Program-made: the position numbers and the translations under genes
In this document: in pieces, positions 37,778 through 49,330 of the stretch
Numbering within the stretch: position 1 is the stretch's first letter
How the letters are laid out: each line of letters opens with the position of its first letter
Notes under the pieces: model-generated
What the model saw: only the letters and a program-made list of their open reading frames with translations
Databases searched by the model: none
What the model was told of the DNA's origin: nothing
NCBI GenBank assembly: GCA_050273025.1
Contig: CP158635.1
Span: forward strand, 17,298,001-17,362,000
Reading direction: 5' to 3'
Length of the DNA: 64,000 nucleotides
From: Cenococcum geophilum
Lineage: Eukaryota

Positions 37778-39802
37778 TAATACCTGGACATCTATAAACG
37801 GAATGTTACTACTTAGTATAGTGCCTCATTTTATTAATAAAGGTAGAAAGCTTTAATTAGTGCCTTTGGGCCTTTTATAACTATAAGGATTATACTATAC
37901 TAAGAATATAATAACGGCCGTAGTGTTAATAATTTAAAAGTATTAATTTAATTATAAGCTTGGCTCCTTAATAACTAATAACACTAGTAATAATAATAAG
38001 CTCTATAATTACCTCTTATAAAGCCTCTTAGTGTCTAAAAAGGAGCGGCTTTAATGCGTTAGCTATATTATTAACCTTATTGTTAAGGCTTTAATATATG
38101 GTAAAGGTGTAAGCAAGCTCGAATGTTTAATAATTAGCGTAAGCAACTATATTATATTTAATCTTATACGGCAGAGAGGCTTTATAGGTAAGCTTTATAA
38201 TATTATTAAATATATTATGCGATTAATAAGACGCTATAAGAACTTTACTAAGAACTAGATTAAAGCCTACATTAAAAACAATCTTTTTAATTAAGTAGAG
38301 CTTCTACTCGTTAAAGATAGAGGTATTTAATAGAATTTAACCTACTTTATGCTCCGCCGTATATTACTTCTTTATAAAGCGATTAACAAATATCTACTAG
38401 CTTAGAGGAAGCCCGCTAATAATAGCTACAATTTATCTTAAGACGCGCTTACTAATAAAGATTAATAGTAGGTAGAGTAGCTTATTAAAATTCTAAAGCC
38501 TTTTATATTAGCTATAAAGCGTATAAAAGGCAACGCTAATAGTCTTAGTGTTAAAGGTTTATATAACGCTCTATAGGAGTCGATTGCTAATATAGAGCTC
38601 CTCTATTAAATCCTCTAGCGAACTTAGCTAAGCCTTAAAAATAAATGCGACTCCTTCTTTAAATTAGGTATTAATATAGCTATTAAAAAGAATAATGAAT
38701 ATTTTAATAAAATAAAGGCCAAGAGCCCTTACTATTTTGCCGTAGTAATTCTTTATCCATCTCTTAAACGCGTCTACTTTCGCGATAAATAGAAATAGTA
38801 GCCCTAATAGTAGAAGCACGCCAAGCGGCGCATAGAGACTCTATTTAATAACTATATTAATAAGTAAGTAAATAAGGAAAATTGGGAACCAGTTAAGCTA
38901 TAATATAGGAAGGTTCCTTATAAATCTAATAATAATTTAGCTAATAAATATATATAGTTCTTAGTCGTAGATAAGAGCCTTACTTTCTTAAAGCGCAATT
39001 AAAAGCGTATTAAGCTTACTAGTAAGCTTAACCGCTACTATAATATAGGCCCTAAGTTTATTAAGATCTATTCTAATAACAGTAATAAGCGAAATAATAT
39101 TGTTTCTAATTCTCTTAACTAGTGGCTTAAAATCGGTTAAATCCTTTATCTAACGCTTACTAAGATTACTTTTAATATATTCTCTATACCGGCAATAAGC
39201 TCTATATATAAATAAGCCTTTAGTTAAGCTAAAAAGATTATTATTAATAAGCATAATAGACTCTTAGTCAACATAATTAAAGCAGATTAATGTTAGAAAT
39301 GGTAGTTAATTAAAGGCCTTTTATTAAGTAGTTTAATTAACTATATTAACTCTAATGGAGCTTTAACTATACCCTAGTTAGCGAGCTTAAATATTAATCT
39401 TACTAGCTATAAGCTAACTACAGAGGCAAGGAAGCTAGCTTAGTAAGGCAGACTTAATAGAGCTTTATATTTAATTAAATCTAATATAGAAATAGAGCCT
39501 CTATAGGTACGGGACGAATTTAGCTATATTTAGATACTATATTAAGTAAATTAGGGCTAAATTTTAATTAAGTAATGTTGATATTTATATATAAAGAGGT
39601 ACTGCCAAAAATCTAAAATAAAACAATATAAAGTCTATCAATTTTTCCTAATTGGGACAGCTAGCTAACAGCTTAATAGTTAGCGTACGTTATCTAACAG
39701 TTAGCAGACAACGAACGATCCAATTAACGCAGTTAGTTAGCTATTTTTCTTAAACTCGCAGCTAGGCTGACTGTTAGATACACTGTTTAGGTATTCCCAC
39801 TA
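37778..39802 (+). mobile_element. hAT transposon, 3' portion (transposase from the first catalytic motif to the dimerisation domain, plus right end)
   Basis: (D)TWTS.NG..LL..V.HFI at ~37780-37835, RC..HIINL.VKA at ~38055, (W)W......YPTL.KI.F..FSIPA(M)SS..(ER)AFS at ~39120-39225. Subterminal CTAACAG repeats; end ...ATTCCCACTA. Confidence 0.88.
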
Positions 39803-39947
39803 CTATTATTTATCTAAGCATTCTTCTATAAGGAATCCTTTTAGTTAAAGTATTAAGTTATCTAACTCCTAGACTTCTACTAGATGCCAGCTATATATAC
39901 TTAGTATTTTTATATTGTTGCTTATCTAGCGCCTAATATATTCTTAT

Positions 39948-40107
39948 CCCTTGCAACGGTAGCGTCCTATGAGAATTAGACCGTGCGCCAAACACCAAAA
40001 ACCGGAACCGCAAGTACGCGTATTTTCCATCACGGAGCCTTGATACTACAGATCCTATTAAACAGCTCTTATTAATAACCGTAGGACACATTTTACCGTT
40101 GTAAGGG
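39948..40107. mobile_element. CCCTT...AAGGG MITE, copy A (piggyBac-like ends)
   Basis: Bipartite TIR CCCTTGCAACGGTA-GCGTCCTAT / GTAGGACAC-ATTT-TACCGTTGTAAGGG, flanked by AT on both sides. Confidence 0.8.
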
Positions 40108-40111
40108 ATAT

Positions 40112-43100
40112 TATTAGTCACACAGGGTGACTTACTAATAACGACTACTCGAGTAGGGTTACAGTGATGTTGGTTGATAAAGCTTATTAATTAAAATAAG
40201 GGAGGGCGAGGAACTTAAGGCTTCTCACCACGCTAGTACCGCGGCAATATATGATGGCAACTTACCATTACGTGACGGCAGTTTGCCGTACGTGGCGGCA
40301 ACTTACCTCATTCCCGACACTAGCAACTCTTCTTTTATGGTTACCATCTATATATAAATACTGCTTAACTATTATAACAAATATAAACCCTCCTTGCTTA
40401 CTATTACCATTATAGTATAAGTCTTGCTGTCCCAAAATTTGCCTCTTAGCACGCGGTGCTTTCTTACTAAGGAGTTATAGGTAGATATTGTGTTAGGGCC
40501 ATTAGGGCCGCTAAGGCGCTAGCTATAAGCAAGCTAATAGCGATTTTCTATCCCGGGGATGGAAAATCCTAATTAGCTAGTTTAAGTTAGGGTCTACAGA
40601 ATCTAACTAATTAGATAACTTTGACCGCCAGTTAAAGTTCCTGGATATTTTAAGGCCTTACGTAACTAAGATATTTCTAGGGACTCCCTTTTTACCTAAC
40701 CTTTAACTTATATATATAGAGTATTTGTGTTAACAAACGTCTCTAGTGCCTTATTTAGGTTCGCCTTTGTTATTATATTTACTGGGTTATCTTAGCCATT
40801 AATTTATTAAATTTTAAAGAGTTTTTAACGTTTATAGGATTAATAAAGTACCATAATGTCGATTATAAGGCGCTTCTCCTTTATAGTACTAAGCTTAACT
40901 AAACACTTATAGAGGGAGTATAAGTTGGTATATATAATTATAGGGATAATAGGAAGTTTAAGTCGATCTATAATTATCTTTAGGGTAGTTCCAATTATAA
41001 TTACTATATTAACTCCGCTAACTATTTTATATATCTTTAACGCTAGAACGCTTTAAGTGACGCGCTTACTCTTAGTTAAGCTCTAATAGATAAGGTTGCC
41101 GTAGATCGTAAAGTTATTTTCTCTAGTAGATTTATTCGCGATAATAATCTTATATCCTAACTAGGAGCTAAAATCTTTATTATTTATAAACGATCTATTA
41201 ACAAATATAAAGAGCTTAGTAGTAGGAAGACTAATAGGCATATAGAGTAGTCCCTAATTAAGATGGTTTATTTGCTAGGAAAGACGTTTATTTAGGGCAA
41301 GAACGTTATCCTTAGTTAGTTCTTAGTGTTAGGCGGCAATAAAGAGATTAAATAAAGCCTTAGGTTAATAGATAAAAGCAATATAAGCTCTGTAAGCGCG
41401 TTGCTCTATATATCCTTACTTTAAGAAATTAACATTAATAACGTTAATCTTCTTACCTTAACCCTTCTAGCGTAAAGCAATAACATCCTTATTTAGGGAG
41501 AGGATGCATTTATTAAAAAGTAATAGTGTTATTAAATTAAGCTTTTCCTTTAGCTTTGCTATAAGATTTGCCCTTACTAGCTTATCTTCTTTAAGGGCTA
41601 AGAATCGGTCGTCTCCTAAGATAATTATATTATTAGTTTATATACCAATAATTCCAAATAGGGTTCCCGTAGTTATAATAAGGAAGCATGGATTAAATAT
41701 AGAAGTAGTTATTAAAAGTTTCTCTTTATAGTGCTTGCTGTAGGTAGCCCACTAATAGGTTTCTGCCTTTGCGATTCTATATAATGGCTTAAGCATAACT
41801 ATAATTATATCCTTAGGATATTAGTAGCAAATTTGCTTTGGAAGGTATGCTAATATTAAGCGCTAAAGGTGCATCTCTAATTAGGTATAGGCCTAAGTAA
41901 TATCTTATAAATAAACCGCCATTCTATTCTTTATTAAGGAGGGAGCTAGCGCAATAATAACTTGCTGACTAGCTTGTTAAATTATAGGAGATTGCGTAAG
42001 AATTACCTCCTTACTATTGTTGTTATAGCCTTAAATAATAAGCCTTAATTTCTTAAATAGGGCGTTAGTAGCTTTACCCTTAATCTTGTTAACTATTCTT
42101 AACTTAAAGATACGAACTCCATTAAACTTAGTATAGTTATACTTCTTAAATTTAAAGACTCCTCTTGTAATAAGACCATCGATCTCCTACTTATTAGATG
42201 CTTAGAAAGGAGCTTCTAGAGTTATAATATAACCTTTTTTTAGAGCTATTTTACGAGCTTAAAGTCAGCCTTCTCCTTAGTTATTATAAAGGCCATTAAC
42301 AGCTTAATTCCGTTCTCAATAGCAGCAACAAATTACTCTTTAAAATTAATAAAATATTAGCAGTTTTATAATCCCTTTAAACAACCTCTACTGCGTTATA
42401 GTTATGGTATATCTACTATAATTATATTAGAATTGTTGTCGCCTTCTAGAGCACGTTAATTGTAGCTCTCCTCTAGGGCATTTTCTATAGCATTCTGCAA
42501 AGGCTTGGAACTATTATCTTTATAGTAAAACTTAATAACAGTTAAACGGAATTAAGTAGGTCTGTAAGGTATCTAAATAATATAAGTCTAACCATTAATT
42601 ATAATAAGTTAATGTGGGCCTAACTATTCTCCCTTTTTACGCTATACGCGTACCTTAGACTGGAGTGGCAGGTCGAGCGTAGTTAAGGTATTTAGGCTAT
42701 TTCTTATTCCTAGTACGTTGTTAACCTAACGTGTGGCGTAAAGACGTTATACCTCCTTTATTGCCTTATAAATAGCCTTAGCTCGTTATATAACGGAGGG
42801 AGATAGTAGAGAATTATTAGTTATTTAAGGGTAGGCGCTAAAGACTAGTAATATGGGTATAAGTCCATCTAAGCCAGCGGAATTGTTAACGGCTTTAATA
42901 GCTATTTATAAGGTAAGTTCTTTACTAGTATCCTCTAGTTCTAAAGAAATAATCTTATATACGCGGTATAATAGCGCGTAATATTATTCTACTTTTCTAA
43001 TACTATTATATACCTTAATAGGGACTTCCTTAACCTTAATTGCTATTGCCTTTATTTATTATTAAAACTCTATAGATAAGAAGTTCTTTCCTACGTTATA

Positions 43101-46100
43101 GACGATTTAATTAGGGGGTCTTAGGTAGATATTAATCCAGTATAGTTAAAGGGTATCCTATATGTTCCTAGTTAATATATCCTTTAAGAAACGTACGGCT
43201 TAGAAGGAGGTTAAGAAATTAATAACTTAGAGTACTAGCTTACCGCTAAAATATATAACGTTAACAATAATATAGAAGTTAAAGTTATAGTTATCTTTAA
43301 GGGTAAACTTAAATCGGCTAAGGAACTTCTAGTTTATTTAGTAGTTATAGTAGTACTTTATAAGGTGCTTAATTGCCTTAACCTTAACTTTATAGCCTAC
43401 TTACTAAAGAACCCTAAGCAATTAATAAACGGATAGGTAACTAAAATAACGGTATAGTTAACGTAACTCTAACTTAGTTAGGTGGCTCTAAGCAACACTC
43501 TTTTCTAGTTAATGAAAAAGTAACTAGGGGTAACCCTACTTACGCATAACGGGTACCCAATTATCTCCCTAAATAAGTATATTTTTAAGGTTATTAAGCT
43601 TAATACTTAATTTATTTATATCTCTAATGCAAAATAGAAATGGGGTATTTATAGGGACAATATAGAAAGTAATATACCCTAGGGGGGTTTGGACCCTAAT
43701 TATACTAAAAGAGATTATAGTACCCTTGCTAAAATAAATCGTGTGTTGGCCTGCCGTTAAATGGTTAATCTAGATAGAGCTATTAAGCTGCTAAAGGGCT
43801 TAAATTTAAGGTTCTCCTGCTGTAGATACTCCTGCGGCTCTAGTATCTGGTATAATACTATAGAAGACGTTCGCCGAGTATCTGTTATTAAAGGAGAACG
43901 CGGAACTCTCCCTTAGCTTATTAAAGATATTTGACTTTATAATAGAATAGAGCGTAGATTAGTTATTAAAAATAGTAACGGTTTATATACCATTCACCTC
44001 ACTATACTTAGTGAAGTATTAGTTAGGAGAGTAGTCCTTAATTTCTATATCTATAAGGAGCTGTTCGGCCTTATTAACCTTACCCTTAAGATCTTCTACG
44101 CCTTTGTATTAAACTAGGAAGCTTTAGAAGTAAGCTATAATAGCCTTATAATTTCCAACGTTTTTTATACTCTAGCGAAACTTATTATATACCTCCTTTT
44201 GCTTATTAAGAGAATGCCTAGTTAACTAGTAATTCAGTTTCTTACAAATATAGCACTTCTTCTGGCAATTACTTTAAAATAAACCTCTATAAGGACCTCT
44301 ACCTTTACCTTATAGTTATTAATTATACCCTCTACCGTATTACCTACTACGGCCACTATATATTTAATTAGTCTAATTATAATTATATTAGCCGGGCGGG
44401 TTAATTAAAGTAGGTTAAAGTTAGGCGTTAAATTATTATACTTTTTAAAAGCGTAGAGCGGTGCTAATAGAAGATCTTAATTAAGTATACACTCCTTTAT
44501 AAGTATTTACAGGATTAAAAAGAGTAAGGTTACATTCTTTAACGCCTTAGCATGCGCTAATGACTTAATTACATAGGCTAAAATCCTCTTAATATAATTC
44601 GGATAAACTACGCTAAATTATCTAAAGTTAATTAAAGAGCTTTTAAAGACAATTAAGCTAAGGGATACCTAGGTTTATAGCAATAATCCTTAGGAAGGTA
44701 GTCTCTCTCTATTCTAACATATACTGCTACTTATTCTCTTTTATTTTAAAGTGGCATCTTAATATATATATTATACGGTTAAAATTATATCCTTTTCCTA
44801 CTAAATAATTATAATAGAAGGTACTAGCTTGGCCCTTAAGCATAACAGAATAGGCGTTATAGTATTAATTAGACTCTATTCCTACCTTTTAGTAATAGTT
44901 ATAAAAGATACGCAATTTCGAATTAAAAGCATTATATAATTCCCTGTTAAACTTCTTCTTCTAATCCAAATAGAGCTTTATAAGCTCTATAAGTAATTTT
45001 AAACTACCTTTGATTTAAGATTAAGATAGAGGAGGTAGGAGTTATATTATAGGCTACAGTAGGGATATAGGTCTAGTTAATAGAGTCTAAAGGGTATTAA
45101 ATTGCAAAGTAATGGGATCCTATTTATGCTCTTATTGGGGTATAATATCTAAAGTTAAAGTTATAGGTTAAATTGGATATAGAGGAGCTAAAGGCAAATA
45201 TAGATTTGTCTCTAAAGGTATATTACTTAAATTCTATTATAAGTTGAGCTTCTTTATAGTGCGTAGTTAGTGCTTAATCTCTTATAGAGTCCATTTATGC
45301 TCTTTTTTTACGTTAATAACCTACTCCTAAATGTTGTTTTTAATAGTACCCCCGTCCTTAAGGACAAATACTCTATTCTCCTAAAGAAAGTTACGGAAGT
45401 CCTATACAATATCCTTATTTATAGGGGCCTATATTTCCTTTATCTATCTAATAAAGTCCTCCTTTATATATTCCTATAGCGCGGTATTATTATATTTACT
45501 ATCCTTATAATATGCTATATAGTATAATAAAAATCTATTTAAGTCTTATTCATTAGCGTTTGCAAGGTTAATTATAGCTTTATTCTATATCTTTAGGTTA
45601 ATATCTTCCTTATACTTCTTTAGGTAGGTTAACGCCATAGTAGGTATAGAATTAACGGGGTGTCGTACGTCAAAGGTAGGTAAGATTTTCGGTTTTATAG
45701 GATCTCGTAGGTTTGCTATTAAGAGGTAGGTAATTTAAGATGTTATTTAACGCGTTTTAGACGTCGTTTAACGCGTTTCGGACGTTAACTTAGGACCCTA
45801 GGTTTAGTAACACTTCTAACCTAAAGTACTTAACTAAATCTTTATAAACGCGGTTGTTCTACGTAATAAACGCAACTTAGTATCTCCTAGTACTTAGTAA
45901 TACTTCTATTACTAGTTTTCCGTAAGTCTAAGGTAGCACAGTATTGCCGGGATCTATTCTATATAAGCGCATATAGCACCCCTGCACAAAACTATCTCTT
46001 CTATTTAAAAACCTAGCTGCTCTATAGTTAACTGTGTATTTAACCACTAATTAGTGTTAGTTATATAGGGTAACTCACCAATAACAACTACTCGAGTAGG

Positions 46101-46262
46101 GTTATAGTAATGTTGGTTAATAAAGCTTATTAATTAGAATGAGGGAGGGCGAGGAACTTAAGGCTCCTTGCCACGCTAGTACCGCGGCGACACGTGATGG
46201 CAACTTGCCATTACGTGACGGCAGTTTGCCGTACGTGGCGGCAACTTGCCTCATTCCCGACA
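40112..46262 (-). mobile_element. Complete Ty1/copia element, copy 1, RIP-inactivated
   Basis: 208-bp LTRs at 40112-40319 and 46055-46262. TSD GATAT at 40107-40111 and 46263-46267. Domain order gag-CCHC, PR, IN, RT (QTDD type), RH. Confidence 0.95.
40431..40682. mobile_element. CCC...GGG insertion (MITE D) in the copia 1 3' UTR
   Basis: Absent from the equivalent position of copia 2 (~55455). Imperfect bipartite inverted ends. Confidence 0.55.
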
Positions 46263-46267
46263 GATAT

Positions 46268-46800
46268 AGTATTTCTTTTTTATTATTTACCTTTAGTGCT
46301 AAGTATATACTGTACTAATTATCTATATATATAGCCTATAATAATATATAATACGCTAGATGTCTTAGGTTAACTCTTAGCTTCTTTTTATTCTTAAGTT
46401 TAAACCTTTACTTAACTAATCTAGCTTCTGGCCTGCTATTAGTAAGTACTAAAATTTATTATTTACTTCTCTAGTCCTCTAATTATCCTTTTAAGTCTCT
46501 TAATATTATTATTAAGGCTCCTTAAATATAACTTATTTATTATTCCAATATTACTTAGTTTATAATAACTTATTTATCTAGCTATATATAGAAGTCTTCC
46601 CACTTATTATTATATTGCTGTCTATGCCACTTTTAATAATGCTTTATAAGTATATACGATCTATTTATAAGAAAGTATCTCTTTATTACTATATCGTTAT
46701 AACCTTTTATATATTATTTTTTAAACCTAGTAGAGATTCTAAAATTCTCTTTCTATTCGATTTCTTATAACTACTTTACCTTTAGCGTACTTATTTTTAG
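46268..46800 (-). pseudogene. Fragment of an older LTR-element gag-like ORF (continues at 39803-39947)
   Basis: RIP-reversed H.....(W)A.(C).DD.(C)..(H)...K motif at ~46290-46365. It is the target of MITE A and copia 1. Confidence 0.4.
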
Positions 46801-47294
46801 TGTTGGGAGTAAGATAAATAGTCGTCACGTGTTACTGTGGCACTAGCGTAGCGAGGAGCCCTAAGCTCCTCGCCCTTCCTTATTCTAGGAAACAACAAGT
46901 ATATTAACTAATATTACTATAACCTATTTAAGTAGTTGTTATTAGTAAGTCACCCTATGTAACTAATACTAATTAGTGGTTAAATATATAGTTAACTATA
47001 GAACAGCTAGGTTCTTAATAGAAGAGATAGTCTTATATAGGGGTGCTATATACGCTTATATAGAATGGATCCCGGCGATATTATGCTACCTTAAACTTAT
47101 AGAAAACTAGTAATAGAAGTATTACTAAGTACTAGGAGATACTAAGTTGTGTCTATTATATAGAACAACCACGTTTATAAAGATTTAGTTAAGTATTTTA
47201 GGTTAGAAGTGTTACTAAACTTAGGGTTTTAAGTTAATATCTAAAACGCGTTAAACAACCATCTAAATACCTTTAGTGTACCTTCGCAAACTAT

Positions 47295-47443
47295 CCCTTC
47301 TAACGCTGGCGTCTAACGAGAACGTGGTCTGTGCGCGAACACCAGAATTAAAAGTACGCGTATGGTCACGGAGCCTTGATCTAATTGATTCTATTAGCTA
47401 GCTCTTATCGATAACAGTTAGACGCAAACCAGCGTTGGAAGGG
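47295..47443. mobile_element. CCCTT...AAGGG MITE, copy B
   Basis: TIR CCCTTCTAACGCTGG-CGTCTAAC / GTTAGACG-CAAA-CCAGCGTTGGAAGGG. Internal motifs shared with copy A. Confidence 0.8.
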
Positions 47444-49044
47444 ATAGGATTACAATTACTACCTAACTATATATTAAACAACCTTTATTTCCCTTAATTT
47501 TTTTTATTCAAGCGCGTTACATAATCTTTAATAATAGCTATTATAGCGTTAACCTACCTAAAAAAGTACGAGGATAATATTAACCTAGAGATATAGAAAA
47601 CCGATATAATTAACCTTAAAGATGTTAATTAATAAGACTTAAACGAATTCTTATTATACCGTATAGTATACTATAAAGATAGCGAATATAATAACACTAT
47701 ACTATAGTACTGTATAAGGGAGGACTTTATTAGATAGATAAAGGAAATATAAACTTTTATAAAGAAGGATATTATATAAGACTTCCGTAACTTCTTACGA
47801 GAGTATAAAGTGTTTATACCTATAGATAGGGGTACTATTAAAGACAATATTTAGGAGTAGGTTATTAACGTAAAAGAAGAGCATAAATGGACTCTATAAG
47901 AGATTAAGCACTAACTACGCACTATAAAGAAGCTCAACTTATAATAGAATTTAAGTAATATACCTTTAGAGACAAATCTATATTTGCCTTTAGCTCCTCT
48001 ATATCCAATTTAACCTATAACTTTAACTTTAGATATTATACCCCAATAAGAGCATAAATAGGATCCCATTACTTTGCAATTTAATACCCTTTAGACTCTA
48101 TTAACTAGACCTATATCCCTACTGTAGCCTATAATATAACTCCTACCTCCTCTATCTTAATCTTAAATCAAAGGTAGTTTAAAATTACTTATAGAGCTTA
48201 TAAAGCTCTATTTGGATTAGAAGAAGAAGTTTAACAGGGAATTATATAATGCTTTTAATTCGAAATTGCGTATCTTTTATAACTATTACTAAAAGGTAGG
48301 AATAGAGTCTAATTAATACTATAACGCCTATTCTGTTATGCTTAAGGGCCAAGCTAGTACCTTCTATTATAATTATTTAGCAGGAAAAAGATATAATTTT
48401 AACCGTATAATATATAAGTTAAGATACTGCTTTAAAATAGAAGAGAATAAGTAATAGTATATATTAAAATAGAGAGAGACTACCTTTTTAAGGATTATTG
48501 CTATAAACCTAGGTATTTCTTAACTTAATTATCTTTAAAAGCTCTTTAATTAACTTTAGATAATTTAGCGTGGTCTATCTAAATTATATTAAGAGGATTT
48601 TAGCCTACGCGATTAAGTTATTAGCGTATACTAAGGTGTTAAAAAATATAACCTTACTTTCTTTAATCCTATAAGTACTTACGAAGGGGTATATACCTAA
48701 TTAAGATCTTTTATTAGTACTGCTCTGCGATCCTAAGAAGTACAGCAATTTAATACTTAACTTTAACTTACTTTAATTAAATATAACTAACACGACTATA
48801 ACTAGACTAATTAAATATATAGTGGTTATAGTAGGGACTATAGTAGAGGGTATAATTAATGTTAACTATAAGGTAATTATAGAGGTCCTTATAAAGGTTT
48901 ATTTTAAAGTAATTACTAGAAGAAGTGCTATATATATAGGAAGCTAAATTGCTAGTTAACTAGGCATTCTCTTAATAAGCAAAAAGAGGTATATAATAAG
49001 TTTCGCTAGAGTATAAGAAATGTTAGAAATTATAAGGTTACTAT

Positions 49045-49330
49045 CCCTTAACCCGCCGGCGTCCTACCGGAAGCTGGTCCGTGCTTAAACACTAGAATGA
49101 AAATAACATATATAGCTAATTACCATTAGCGATGCCTTCCCATCGTACTTCCAATGATATTGACTTTGTTCAACCGACTCAATATAACGTTCAGCCGAAT
49201 TGATGTGCTAAAAAGCCACCACCGAAGCCATGGCCGCTGCCAGATTTTACTCCTATGACGATTCAATTTAGTTAATCTGATTGGCTAGTTCTTATCGATA
49301 ATGGTAGGACGCATTCCGGCGGGTTAAGGG
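49045..49330 (+). mobile_element. CCCTT...AAGGG MITE, copy C, retaining a short ORF start
   Basis: TIR CCCTTAACCCGCCGG-CGTCCTACC / GGTAGGACG-CATT-CCGGCGGGTTAAGGG. The empty site is visible in copia 1 (~44130-44145). ATG at 49132: MPSHRTSNDIDFVQPTQYNVQPN*CAKKPPPKPWPLPDFTPM. Confidence 0.85.

Larger units (their letters stand above)
32444..37780 (-). mobile_element. Crypton (tyrosine-recombinase DNA transposon), RIP-inactivated
   Basis: GC-rich termini, a subterminal repeat array, and the YR plus GCR1_C-like ORF listed below. Boundaries are inferred from where the flanking elements stop. Confidence 0.85.

Noticed and set aside
41504..41731. 75-aa ORF (and its twin at 51740-51967)
   Set aside because: It is an antisense shadow of the copia RT region.
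47295..47443. MITEs as structured ncRNA because their terminal stems covary
   Set aside because: Family-specific TIRs explain the covariation more simply, and the empty site shows an insertion.
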